Notes under the pieces: generated by a model
Told to the model about the DNA's origin: nothing
The model's database searches: none
Seen by the model: only the letters and a program-made list of their open reading frames with translations
Shown: piece after piece, positions 40,928 to 54,429 of the stretch
Layout: each line of letters begins with the position of its first letter
Numbering within the stretch: position 1 is the stretch's first letter
Made by a program: the position numbers and the translations under genes
Source: Octopus sinensis
Taxonomy: Eukaryota
Assembly (NCBI RefSeq): GCF_006345805.1
Contig: NC_043025.1
Span: forward strand, 2,356,001 to 2,420,000
Direction of reading: 5' to 3'
Length of the DNA: 64,000 nt

Positions 40928-41039
40928 AAATCACATTTACATAATTTATTCATAGAGGTTTTTTTCTAGGTTTCGTGTGTCTTTACTGTCCATTAGTAGG
41001 ATCATCAAGGATCTGTGAACTGGATCTGTGGATCAGAGA

Positions 41040-43770
41040 GAGAGAATTTATTTGAATATATATATGTCTTGCAAACAACTTGCACATGCAAGTGCTACCA
41101 GTTTAAAGCTCCGTATACCGGAAGCTAGCAAGTGTATGGGTCATCAGGAGAGAATGCGCGCCGTTTCGGGGCCTACCTCTCGACGGCATCAATGCGCACT
41201 GATATGAGGCCCCGCTTGCTAGATCAGCTGGTTATGAAGTTAAACTCAATATACTTCTAGCCATCGCTCATCGTCTCTTTTTAACCAAATCCAGTGGCTA
41301 GCCTTCTCCACTGTAGATTGGATATCAGTCATGGTGGTATTGACTTTACGATGAGTTAGGCCTAGCGATAACAACAGTCGTCTCACGCTGTATCCAACAA
41401 ACCCTCTACATCCGACTTCGCTAGGAAAATGTTCCACTTTCCAGCCTGCGTCTTCACATTCCTCGAGGAGGTTTTCATAACGGTTCAATTTTCGAACCCG
41501 AGCGGCGTTCATATTACCTTCATGAGGAACCGTTAGCTCGACTATATTTACAACTTTCTTTCTTTCACACCACATCAAAATATCTGGTTTTTTCGAAACT
41601 GGGATGGGAAAGAAAACCTGGCACCCAGGTAAATCTGCAGGTACCTCCTAATAGCCGTTCCACTTTTCATTTTTCTGAGGAAGTTTCTTGATCTTCTTCT
41701 TGAAACGGATCCGCTGACCTGGTCGCACGAAGGTAATGAAATTTCTTGATGGTACTTTCAACGGTTTTTCCTCAGTGTTGTGAGATGAATTTTGTTCTTT
41801 ATAGCATTGAAGATAACCTTAAGGACCAAGTTGTGCCTCCATGTATACCTGTTCAATGCTAATGAACAGTTGGAAAGAATATGTTTTAGTGTACCGACCT
41901 TTCCACATTTGCAGATGTCATTCTCTAAGACGTTCCATCTTACTAAATTCGTAGGTGATGGCAAAACATCATAAGATGAACGAATCAGGAAACTCAGCCG
42001 AGATGTCGTCCACTTTCACATCTCATCCCAACTTATCTTCCTCTCAACAACATGTTCTTCCCATCTCGTCATCTGACCTTGATGAACACATCGGATCAAA
42101 TGAAGATCTCTTCTCTCTGCTTCTCTTGTTTTGACGCTGTTGCTAACAACAGATCTGCGTTCACTCCGCATCATGCTTGCAAACGGTCTGAATTGATCTG
42201 CGCCAAAACCAAGTCCTTTCCGATGATTCTGCGTTGCTCCCACCATATCTCTGTGTATAAGAGAAGACAAAATGTCGTCAGTTTCTGCTTCTGCTTTCCA
42301 CTTCCTGGCTGTGTTCATCTCTGGTGGGTTACGCCTGATTTCCATATCCTTCGATTCTCTCACCATCCTGACCGTCCGTATCTTCCCCAGCTTATATATT
42401 TCGACTATTGATGCTATTGGTAGCTGCAACGAACCTCTTTTATGATAAAGAGCTGAGCTGTTCAACATACGAGTTAGGCCTAGCCACTTTCTAATGAACA
42501 CATTACATTTTTGTTCAATGCTTTCAACTCGTGACAATGCTACTTCGTATATTAAAAGTGGCCACGCAAGTCGCGGGTACAAGCCGAACTGCAAGCACCA
42601 AATTTTATATTTACCTGGTAACTTCGAATTATCAATCGCTGATAACCCAGCCTCGGCTTGTTTCATAATTTCAATTCCACGACTTCTGTCTGACAATGTT
42701 CCAGCGTATACTCGTCCCAAGCTCTTGACGAGCTCTTCCTTGACTGTTGGAATGCTTTCTTCAGATATCCGAAACTTAAATTCTTTCTGCACTCCCTTAA
42801 CAAATGTCAGACTACGCGACTTTTTTGCTCTAAATCGCATCCTTGACCACCTTACAAGTTCGTCTAATCTCAAGAGAGCATTCTGCATGATTTGTTTATC
42901 TGTAGCTAGAAATGACACGTCATCCATGAAGGCTTTCTTAGGCGATTGTACATGGGCGATTTGTTCCGGAAAATCTACACCTTTCAAAATCAACTCCATG
43001 ACCAAGATAAACAATGTGACAGATATTGTACAGCCAGCAGCAATGCCAACCTCGAAACTGTCATAGTACATCCTCATTATTTTGATCACTTTGTCAGGAA
43101 TATGAAGGTGGTCCATGGCTCTTATTAGTAATTCGTGTGGCACTGAACCACGCGTTAGCTAGGTCGAGCCTTACCATGTTCAGACTTTTCTTGTTCTGTT
43201 TGGCGTCCTGGATCGCTTTCCAAATCGAAAAACAGTGTTCAACGCATCCAGGGATCCCGGGGTTTCCGGCCTTTTGAACATATTCATCAACATATCTGTT
43301 ACTCTGTAAATATGTCACTGTTCTCCTCGACGGAATTCCCATAAAGATCTTGCCTTCCACATTCAATAGGGATATCGGCCTAAACGGTGTTATGGTCTTT
43401 GCATTGGCCTCTTTCGGCAGGTATATACATTCTGCCTTACACAAATCCTCTGCCTTACACCAATACTCTGCCTTACACCAATCCTCTACTATAGTCTCCT
43501 CGCGCCACAGTTTTCGGAGTAGGACGAAGAGCTTCTTTCGCAGACGATTGCAGTACTTGTAGGCTTTATATGAGACGCCATCACCTCCTGCGGCACTCTT
43601 TGCTCTAGCTTTTCTTACGAAGTCATTCACCTCTCTCTCCCTGATGTCCCCAATCTGGAATTCGATATCAGGTCCTGAGAGATGATTTAGCCCATGTAGA
43701 GGTGGCAGCGGCTGGTTACGGTGCGGATCGTTGTAGGTTTCCTTGATATGAGCATCCAATTCTTCTTTAT
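41040..43770 (-). mobile_element. HERO-like (R2-group) non-LTR retrotransposon: RT, CCHC and restriction-like endonuclease; 5'-truncated
   Basis: FRPISLLNVEGKIF, QKAG.PG.PGCVEH, LDLANA, GCTISV.LF, AFMDD; CKCGKVGTLKHILSNC; VELTVPHE...EVGCRGF. Confidence 0.92.
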
Positions 43771-45459
43771 ATATACATGTACTTACACACACACACCCTA
43801 ACATATACATATATAAATGTTTATAACAAATAACATTTTAATGAGTATATCTTCAATTAATAAGTAAATATGTATAGAGAGAGAGAGTGAGAGAGAAAGC
43901 GAAAGGGAGAAAGAAAGAAAGATAGAATGAAAGAAAGAAAGAGTGAGAGAGAGACAGAGAGAATTAAGAATTTGAATATACAAACTCAATCCCATTATTA
44001 TCATTATTAGACTGTATATCTACGTTGCCAAAAAATAAACTGTTACATCGGTTGGGACCTAAAGGACATTTAGCGTAAAACCTACCATCTGAAGGATCCA
44101 GCCTTGCCATTCGCTATCTGCTTTGATATTATATCCCTTCTCTTACATATATATATTAATAGTAGCGGTATACCAACAAAAGAATGAATGGGACCTCAGT
44201 ATTATGTAAATAGAGGAATTTATGTGTAACATGTGTAACCCCATACGTCAAAATCTGTAATTCGGTTTTGGAATGCATACGGTATATATATATATATAGA
44301 GGACAGGCTTCTTTCAATCTGAAAGTATTATCTCGCATTACAATACAGACGTAATACTGAAATAGTGTAAGAGATAAAAGATTGCTCTGGGCTCGCATTA
44401 GGCAAGAGGCTGGAAGTTGTTTTGGCCATGACACTGCATGGACCTTGGCTTTTCTATTTGACGACTGTTGCTTTAAGTATTTTATTTCGATTTTATGTAT
44501 ATATGTATGTATATATTTATGTATGAGCCAATGAAGCAGACCTCTACAATGTAGCTAGGGGAAATAGCAGCCAAATCTCCCTCAAAAACCCTACCCATTA
44601 TGTAGTTTGAATGAGAAACTCTAACTAAAGGTTAAGGTTATTAACACCAAAATCTTACCTGTTTTAATAGCAATTGATCGTTTCTCTTTTTTGCGTAGTT
44701 TTTCATGTCAGCTGCAAAAGTGAAGAGGGTTAACTTGGACGGTGTAAAGTAGTGGAGATGTTTGTTTATTGTATGTGGTGGTTACTTTTGACTGTTTCTT
44801 CTCCATAAGGATAAATGATTGAAAACGAATCTTAACACAATATATATACAACTTCAAGTGGAATCGGACATCATAAGAGAGACAGAGAGAGGAACGAAGA
44901 GAGACAGCATAGCGATGGTTTTGGCTGACTGTCATCATGTACGCCACTTGTTGCTAGCTAAATGGTATGTGCTGGCTCTCTGAACAAGCTCGTTGCTTTT
45001 AATGGCGGAAAAACAGGACGAAAAGATTACAAAACTAGCGATTCTTATTTTGAAACCAGCAATTTTGAAAATCATTTTAGATTACAGAACGCCCTGCTCT
45101 CTCATATGTCCATGTTTAAAATTACAGTGCGATTGGATGAAAAATACTCGAGTTATAAGCGCACAAACAGACAGAATGGATTTGATGTATTAGATATATA
45201 TACATATATATTGTCAAGAGATGGTAGGGGACAAACACAAGCTCAAAGGTGGTGGTCTCTTTGCGTCTCTGCAAATTAACGCTTCAGAAAAAGGGACTGA
45301 TAGAATAAGTAGCAAACTTTATAAAAATAAGTAATGAGTTCGATTTGTTCCAGTAATACTTTTTAATGTGATACTCCAGTATGGTCGCCGTATACTGGCT
45401 AGTACAGAGAAGAGATAAAAGGTAGGTTCATCCGTACATACATATATATACATGGTCCA

Positions 45460-45968
45460 ACAACCGGATTACTATCTCCTAATTTGAAGGGTATCCGTTT
45501 GCAATCCAGGAACAGGAAATATCAACCAAATACCTAATACACAAAAGGGACAAAGATGCTGGCAAAACAGTAAAGCGTGACAGCCGATGCAGATTACGTG
45601 GCGGTAACACTGAAGATATCACCCATATTACAAGCAGTTGTCCGAAAATGTCATCATGATATTATCTACCGATGTGACATGATGTAGCTAGGACACTGTA
45701 TAATGAAATCTGTCGGAAGGATAATTCCAAAGATAAAGGAATAAATTCCCACAATATGGTGCAAGCTAAAACCGCTACCAATAAAATGGAGTGCTGCTGG
45801 AATGTCCCAATGAAATGTAAACACAATAGACCTGACATGGTGATTTGGGATTGAGGAGAGAAACTTTGTACACTTGTGGAAATCAGCTGCCCAGTGGATG
45901 TTAACATGAAGCTAGAGATCAACGAAAAAGAAAATACCTTCGTTGAAGTATTGTGTAATCTGCAGGAA
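45460..45968 (+). mobile_element. Fragment of a second REL-endonuclease LINE (R4/Dong-like)
   Basis: Hand translation gives ITHITSSCPKMS..(R)HDVA and KHNRPDMVIWD.GEKLCTLVEISCPVD. Confidence 0.72.
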
Positions 45969-46749
45969 TTCTTCATTTCATCTTCATCCTATTGTTCTCC
46001 TCCTCTTCTTTTTCATCTGAATTGTTTGAATATTCAGTGATAACATCAATATCAACATTCTCATCCGTTTTCTCGTCATATTCATCCTCATCATCATAAC
46101 AAACTTCAACATCGTACTTATGATCAACATATTCGCTGTCATCATCATCATCATCATCTTCGTCATCATCATCACGATCATAATATTGATGGTCATCATC
46201 GTCTCACCCTTCTCTCTCATTGTCCTCTTTTCTCACTTCATCTGATTCTTAATACTAAACATTTATTATTTCAGTAGCGGGTTCCATGAATATTCCAAGG
46301 AATTAATAATAAAACTTTTCGGTGACTCCTGAAAAATTTATCCAAAAAATCTGAAAGCGTAGACTGTGTTGTGTGTGTATGAAAAGAATGTTTCTCATCC
46401 GCTTTTCAATGAAAATTGAAAGAAACTGAGATACGATGATTATTTAATGCACTTTATATATGTACTTTATATACTTCACGGACGATTTTATAGACTTAAT
46501 ACACAGCAATCATAAAATAAATATTTAATATTTTTTCCATTTACCCCATGGAGAGAAAAAAATTGCATTTTAAAATTTACATGGCCACAAATTCATATCA
46601 AGAAAACAAAAATATTATAGTAAAAAAATGATTTTATAGGTAAAAGATAGGGTTGAAAATTTAATGCAACATGGCATCGTCTGAAAGCCACATCGTTGGT
46701 AGTTCATAAGAAAGGCGGTGCATCAGAGATTATATATATTTCAATTTGC

Positions 46750-49600
46750 GTACACCTTTCAATCCAATACTTCGTTACAGATTGTGTTGTTCGCGTAACC
46801 TCTCCCTCTTCTTTTCCCTTGTTTGTCAGTGTTGATAACTTTAACTTTAATATCAGATAATGTTTGTGAGCCCTTGGGAAACAACATATAGCTGACCATT
46901 AATACGCAGGTTCAGGCAAGAATAGCTCCAGTTTATCAAATGTCTGCCCACGTGATTTATTGATAGTCATTGCAATTGTCAAGCGAACGGGGTTTGGTAT
47001 CTCAGTACCAGCCTTATTCTGTGAATGAGAATACGTCTCCCGATCAATGTGCCACTTATTATTGAGGCTTCAATCGAGTTTTGATGGAGGGCCTCCACTT
47101 CCAGTCTTGTTCCGTTATAGAGACCATTTTCAATTGAAATATTCCTCAGGAGCATGATTATGGAGTCAGGTTTCAAATGCAATCTAGGAGGTGGCATTCC
47201 AGATGGTGTCCATGAAATCAGAAATTCCAGTGAATATCGCTCAGCTTCAGCAGGTCATCTGTGAAGACGTTATCCATGCTGTATTAAAAGCACTGGTCAC
47301 CTTGGAGTTTATCCATAACCCCTTCGTTTATCTTTAAGCAGTCTGAACTTTTTGGTGAGTGGATCGCTCTACTTGTTCTTTGTTCTTGAGGGGCATTGCC
47401 AAAAAGCATCATTTATCAGCGACCCATTAAAGCATGAATCACGTAGCACGTTTACATCATCACTGACTCACTTGGATCTTGCAAAAGAGCTGTGGTGCCA
47501 TTGTCAAAGTGTAGTGGCCATGTTGCAAATTCTCTTCGATCTGTTATTGCTCTATTTTGGCTCAACATATAAATGTCTGAAGTGTAACCAGAGAGGAGAG
47601 TTCTTAATGGAGATCTGAATTACTGCCTCACGAGTTCCTCTTGGCAATATTGGCAGAACTTGCCTGAAGTCTCTACCAATGAGCACAACTTTTCAACCGA
47701 AACCTTCATTGTTGCCAGTGATTTCTTTCAGAGCTTTGTCATTAGCATGAAAAGCATACAGAGGGATCATGGAAGCCTCATCTATAATGATCAAATACAA
47801 ATTTCTCAAATAATTTCTGGTCAGAGATGGGTGGTACACTGCAAAAGCTAGTTTCCAACAGAGGAACGGGCAATTTGAGCAAACTGTGCACCGTCCTTCC
47901 ACCAGACATCAATGTTGAAGCTATGCCTCTGCACGCACCACTTGATAGTTTCTCCTTCGTAGATGTGAGATCAGCGTATTAAATATGTAATTCTTGTCCC
48001 AACCTCCAGGAACCTCTGCATAGAAGCAGGAACATTCCAGCACCTCACCTCACCTTTTCTTATCAACTGTCTTCAATGACTGCATCAGCGATCACTCTCT
48101 GTTCATCGGTAACCGTTGCAATGCCGGGGTGGTTCATGACATGTTTATGCCCGACCCGTTACACTAGAACTGGTTCAGACAAGCCAATATTAAGGCAGCT
48201 AATGCAATTTTCAATATGCATAGAATTTATAGAGTGTAGAGTATGCATTCAAAATTCGCTGAGCATAATCTACCATCATGATATTCTTGTGAGTGTTCCT
48301 CAGGCGAAGGACCTTTTAAGGATTTGAATAGGTGCAAAGGACAACGAACGTGATACGCGGCTGAAATGCCCTCCGATATGCAGCACCTTTAGTATGGCAT
48401 ATTCCAACATCACATAATTTTGGAGAAGACCAAGTCATATGTACGCATCTTTAAATCTTGCATAGATTTCACCTCCTACAGTGCTCACTTCTCAAAGCTC
48501 TTAGTACCTGGAACATCCAAAATAGCAATCGTAAATGAAATGTCTCTACGTCCTTAGGACTCACTGTGTTCATTCTGCTGCCGATGTTATTGTTTCTTCT
48601 CCCGAGTGTTCATGATTTTGTACGTACAGCAAATACTTAACGTAAAGGAATGTCAGGGCACAAGTATTTCCGTTAATTTTCATCGTGCTCATTCAGTTTA
48701 AATGTATTGTCACGATCGATCTCTGTTCTTGAGAAGGTTACCGAGTGTTACCTCTGTGAAAGCACAGTCTCTTCTGGTCTTCAAATTGAACTGCTAGACT
48801 GTAAACAGTGTGAGAGGAGTCATGCAGATTGTACTGAGATATTATCCACATCGCTTCAGGAGGTGAAACGTATCGACATGCAAAATAACTTCTGATTTCA
48901 CCATGGTTTTGCTGAATTTGTTTGCCTTCCGCCATTGCATCATTCCTTACTTCAATTGAATCGCTATTATGATCTTTGTAGACTTATTTGTAGATGTACT
49001 TGACACTTTTTGCATAGGAGCCAACTTCTATATTGATATGAGCTCGGAATTGCTTTAATAGGTAAGCATTGTATGGTACGACATACCTGTTTTCAACAGA
49101 ATGGCATCCAACTTGTGCTGCGATCCCATTATTGAGCCTCCTGTTCTATGGATATCCATTATTATTTTGTAGCATCTCATTTCTGTAGTTCTTGGGAAAC
49201 ATTATGGGGCAAGAGCCATTCTACATGCAAAGGCCATGTATCATGTATTTCTTAACTAAATCATCTCAGATCTTCACTTTGTCTACCAGCATATGGCAGT
49301 GTGGAAGCCTTCTCTTTTGAAACTCGGTGACATGGGCATGAGCTATTGATACATCAAATACGTGTCTGTCCGTTATATCCTTCAGACGTTCAGTGAGATG
49401 CAACCAGTACACTCTTGCAACCAAATCTGGTCAGTTCCCTGGTGTCCCATTTCGCTGCAGATTATTTTCTATTTCATGGCACTTAGGGTTGGATGTATAT
49501 GTGACAATTAAGTCAGGTTTCCCATACTCTGATGCAATTGACATTGCATCCTGATTATATTGATGCATATTCCGAGGACAGGTCCTGGCTCAACATTCTC
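46750..49600 (-). mobile_element. Heavily degenerate Helitron (Rep plus helicase)
   Basis: VTEFQKRRLPHCH (~49292-49331), RYVSPPEAMW, LIIIDEASM, GMPP.RL.LK...IMLLRN...GLYNGTRL. Confidence 0.9.
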
Positions 49601-50190
49601 ATCAACTCCTCTCTGCAGGTAGTCCATAAGTCCACTGTACTGCTCTACGAGCAACTGGGATTGATGGTCCCCAAGGTACTGCAATCAGTAACCCTAAATT
49701 ACATCGTGAGTCGTCTGCGAGCGGATGTTCTGCGTTTCGCCACATGTAGAATCTCACAGTGCCATCCGAACTTTCCATGAGGGAATAGAAGTGGATTACT
49801 CATTGGGACTAGATCGCACAATGCCTGCGAGATTCGCTCTGCAGGTGTATTCCATGGATAGACAAGAATGTCTCTGTTTTCACGGTGCAGCTATTTCATT
49901 GCTAGTGGAAAAATTGTAATGCTTTATATAACCCCTTTTTCTGAAGTGTAGTTCACAATTTCGCAATTGTACATTTACACTCCTGGTACTTTCATTATAA
50001 TATATATTTAATTGTAGTTTATTTATACGACGTACATATGGCACTGTATATAAGTGTGAATATTTCATCATGCGTTAGGTAATAGGGGATTTAAAATACT
50101 TACTACCACTACCCCCACCACCCCTACCACCATCTCTCTTAGCTTCCCTTTTTATCTACTGATATATAGATATATACATATATATATATT

Positions 50191-50317
<127 letters not shown>

Positions 50318-50438
50318 CAACAATCAAGGAACGGCCATAATAGGCCATTCACCCACTAGAAATAACAGCCAAAGCTTCAACCGCAAATAAAAGTCAATTC
50401 CGTAAACAGGAGAAAATTTAAAAAACATTTACCCTGTA

Positions 50439-50545
50439 ATTTCTTATACGATGCACCGTTTCATCTGCTGTTTAATGGTAAACTAACCTGATTAAATTAA
50501 ATCAAGCCAATCTTCCATAGGCCCTTAGATTCTTCAGTAAGAAAT
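50439..50545 (-). ncRNA. Type I hammerhead ribozyme, array copy 1
   Basis: Reverse complement of the 53023-53129 motif; core intact, stem II 4 bp. Confidence 0.8.
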
Positions 50546-50931
50546 AGCCACAAGTCGGAACAGATATTTTCACGAGGCATTTCCGACCCTGCCAAGGTAA
50601 TATCTGACCTAAAATTTTCAAATCATCGCACTCGCGCCAAATTTATCGGCAGCAAATAAATATAAGCCGTCGATTCCATTACGAAATTAACCAGAAAATT
50701 CATAATTAATCAATATAGGGCGGCAAAAAAAAATTTTGTAGAATTTTTTTGCCACCAGCGGCCTAGTGGGAAAAAATTAAATAGTCATAGACCATTTTTA
50801 AGTTCAACATCAACAATCAAGGAACGGCCATAATAGGCCATTCACCCACTAGAAATAACAGCCAAAGCTTCAACCGCAAATAAAAGTCAATTCCGTAAAC
50901 AGGAGAAAATTTAAAAAACATTTACCCTGTA

Positions 50932-51038
50932 ATTTCTTATACGATGCACCGTTTCATCTGCTGTTTAATGGTAAACTAACCTGATTAAATTAAATCAAGC
51001 CAATCTTCCATAGGCCCTTAGATTCTTCAGTAAGAAAT
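50932..51038 (-). ncRNA. Type I hammerhead ribozyme, array copy 2
   Basis: Same as copy 1. Confidence 0.8.
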
Positions 51039-51424
51039 AGCCACAAGTCGGAACAGATATTTTCACGAGGCATTTCCGACCCTGCCAAGGTAATATCTGA
51101 CCTAAAATTTTCAAATCATCGCACTCGCGCCAAATTTATCGGCAGCAAATAAATATAAGCCGTCGATTCCATTACGAAATTAACCAGAAAATTCATAATT
51201 AATCAATATAGGGTGGCAAAAAAAAATTTTGTAGAATTTTTTTGCCACCAGCGGCCTAGTGGGAAAAAATTAAATAGTCATAGACCATTTTTAAGTTCAA
51301 CATCAACAATCAAGGAACGGCCATAATAGGCCATTCACCCACTAGAAATAACAGCCAAAGCTTCAACCGCAAATAAAAGTCAATTCCGTAAACAGGAGAA
51401 AATTTAAAAAACATTTACCCTGTA

Positions 51425-51531
51425 ATTTCTTATACGATGCACCGTTTCATCTGCTGTTTAATGGTAAACTAACCTGATTAACTTAAATCAAGCCAATCTT
51501 CCATAGGCCCTCAGATTCTTCAGTAAGAAAT
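51425..51531 (-). ncRNA. Type I hammerhead ribozyme, array copy 3
   Basis: Core intact, stem II 5 bp. Confidence 0.82.
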
Positions 51532-51916
51532 AGCCACAAGTCGGAACAGATATTTTCACGAGGCATTTCCGACCCTGCCAAGGTAATATCTGACCTAAAA
51601 TTTTTAAATCATCGCACTCGCGCCAAATTTATAGGCAGCAAATAAATATAAGCCGTCGATTCCATTACGGAATTAACCAGAAAATTCATAATTGATCAAT
51701 ATAGGGTGGCAAAAAAAATTTTGTAGATTTTTTTTGCCACCAGCGGCCTAGTGGGAAAAAATTAAATAGTCATAGACCATTTTTAAGTTCAACATCAACA
51801 ATCAAGGAACGGCCATAATAGGCCATTCACCCACTAGAAATAACAGCCAAATCTTCAACCGCAAATAAAAGTCAATTCCGTAAACAGGAGAAAATTTAAA
51901 AAACATTTACCCTGTA

Positions 51917-52023
51917 ATTTCTTATACGATGCACCGTTTCATCTGCTGTTTAATGGTAAACTAACCTGATTAAATTAAATCAAGCCAATCTTCCATAGGC
52001 CCTCAGATTCTTCAGTAAGAAAT
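51917..52023 (-). ncRNA. Type I hammerhead ribozyme, array copy 4
   Basis: Core intact, stem II 5 bp. Confidence 0.82.
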
Positions 52024-52410
52024 AGCCACAAGTCGGAACAGATATTTTCACGAGGCATTTCCGACCCTGCCAAGGTAATATCTGACCTAAAATTTTCAAA
52101 TCATCGCACTCGCGCCAAATTTATCGGCAGCAAATAAATATAAGCCGTCGATTCCATTACGGAATTAACCAGAAAATTCATAATTAATCAATATAGGGTG
52201 GCAAAAAAAAAATTTTGTAGAATTTTTTTGCCACCAGCGGCCTAGTGGGAAAAAATTAAATAGTCATAGACCATTTTTAAGTTCAACATCAACAATCAAG
52301 GAACGGCCATAATAGGCCATTCACCCACTAGAAATAACAGCCAAAGCTTCAACCGCAAATAAAAGTCAATTCCGTAAACAGGAGAAAATTTAAAAAACAT
52401 TTACCCTGTA

Positions 52411-52517
52411 ATTATTTATACGATGCACCGATTCATCTGCTGTTTAATGGTAAACTAACCTGATTAAATTAAATCAAGCCAATCTTCCATAGGCCCTCAG
52501 ATTCTTCAGTAAGAAAT
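52411..52517 (-). ncRNA. Hammerhead copy 5, probably inactive
   Basis: GAAA changed to GAAT and stem I mismatches. Confidence 0.65.
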
Positions 52518-53022
52518 AGCCACAAGTCGGAACAGATATTTTCACGAGGCATTTCCGACCCTGCCAAGGTAATATCTGACCTAAAATTTTCAAATCATCG
52601 CACTCGCGCCAAATTTATCGGCAGCAAATAAATATAAGCCGTCGATTCCATTACATAATTAACCAGAAAATTCATAATTAATCAATATAGGGTGCCAAAA
52701 AAAAAATTTTGTAGAATTTTTTTGCCACCAGCAAATGGTCGTTCCTTGATTGTTGATGTTGAACTTAAAAGTGGTCTATGACTATTTAATTTTTTCCCAC
52801 TAGGCCGCTGGTGGCAAAAAAATTCTACAAAATTTTTTTTTTTGCCACCCTATATTGATTAATTATGAATTTTCTGGTTAATTCCGTAATGGAATCGACG
52901 GCTTATATTTATTTGCTGCCGATAAATTTGGCGCGAGTGCGATGATTTGAAAATTTTAGGTCAGATATTACCTTGGCAGGGTCGGAAATGCCTCGTGAAA
53001 ATATCTGTTCCGACTTGTGGCT

Positions 53023-53129
53023 ATTTCTTACTGAAGAATCTGAGGGCCTATGGAAGATTGGCTTGATTTAATTTAATCAGGTTAGTTTACCATTAAACAG
53101 CAGATGAAACGGTGCATCGTATAAGAAAT
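53023..53129 (+). ncRNA. Type I hammerhead ribozyme, array copy 6
   Basis: Stem I ATTTCTTA (53023-30) / TAAGAAAT (53122-29); CTGAAGA (53031-37); stem II ATCTG / CAGAT enclosing 58 nt; GAAA (53106-09); stem III CGG-TGCA-TCG; GUA cleavage triplet (53119-21). Confidence 0.85.
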
Positions 53130-53518
53130 TACAGGGTAAATGTTTTTTAAATTTTCTCCTGTTTACGGAATTGACTTTTATTTGCGGTTGAAGCTTTGGC
53201 TGTTATTTCTAGTGGGTGAATGGCCTATTATGGCCGTTCCTTGATTGTTGATGTTGAACTTAAAAATGGTCTATGACTATTTAATTTTTTCCCACTAGGC
53301 CGCTGGTGGCAAAAAAATTCTACAAAATTTTTTTTTTTTGCCACACTATATTGATTAATTATGAATTTTCTGGTTAATTCCGTAATGGAATCGACGGCTT
53401 ATATTTATTTGCTGCCGATAAATTTGGCGCGAGTGCGATGATTTGAAAATTTTAGGTCAGATATTACCTTGGCAGGGTCGGAAATGCCTCGTGAAAATAT
53501 CTGTTCCGACTTGTGGCT

Positions 53519-53625
53519 ATTTCTTACTGAAGAATCTGAGGGCCTATGGAACATTGGCTTGATTTAATTTAATCAGGTTAGTTTACCATTAAACAGCAGA
53601 TGAAACGGTGCATCGTATAAGAAAT
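53519..53625 (+). ncRNA. Type I hammerhead ribozyme, array copy 7
   Basis: Core and stems as in copy 6. Confidence 0.85.
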
Positions 53626-54015
53626 TACAGGGTAAATGTTTTTTAAATTTTCTCCTGTTTACGGAATTGACTTTTACTTGCGGTTGAAGCTTTGGCTGTT
53701 AATTCTAGTGGGTGAATGGCCTATTATGGCCGTTCGTTGATTGTTGATGTTGAACTTAAAAATGGTCTATGACTATTTAATTTTTTCCCCACTAGGCCGC
53801 TGGTGGCATAAAAATTCTACAAAATTTTTTTTTTTTGCCACCCTATATTGATTAATTATGAATTTTCTGGTTAATTCCGTAATGGAATCGACGGCTTATA
53901 TTTATTTGCTGCCGATAAATTTGGCGCGAGTGCGATGATTTGAAAATTTTAGGTCAGATATTACCTTGGCAGGGTCGGAAATGCCTCGTGAAAATAGCTG
54001 TTCCGACTTGTGGCT

Positions 54016-54122
54016 ATTTCTTACAGAAGAATCTGAGGGCCTATGGAAGATTGGCTTGATTTAATTTAATCAGGTTAGTTTACCATTAAACAGCAGATGA
54101 AACGGTGCATCGTATAAGAAAT
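54016..54122 (+). ncRNA. Hammerhead copy 8, core mutated
   Basis: CTGAAGA changed to CAGAAGA. Confidence 0.65.
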
Positions 54123-54346
54123 TACAGAGTAAATGTTTTTTAAATTTTCTCCTGTTTACGGAATTGACTTTTTTTTGCGGTTGAAGCTTTGGCTGTTATT
54201 TCTAGTGGGTGAATGGCCTATTATGGCCGTTCCTTGATTGTTGATGTTGAACTTAAAAATGGTCTATGACTATTTAATTTTTTCCCACTAGGCTGCTGGT
54301 GGCAAAAAAATTCTACAAAATTTTTTTTTTGGCACCCTATATTGAT

Positions 54347-54414
<68 letters not shown>

Positions 54415-54429
54415 TATACATATATATGT

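Noticed and set aside
38556-40990. Orthomyxovirus-like conserved segment termini (agcattaatcac at 38556; tgtgtctttact at ~40976)
   Set aside because: The matches are short and imperfect, and the 5' one overlaps host intronic sequence shared with the paralogous blocks.
46262-46350. tttcag acceptor-like site in copy C as the start of a third LRR exon
   Set aside because: The downstream sequence has no LRR pattern or matching donor; the site seems to align upstream of the true acceptor in copies A and B.
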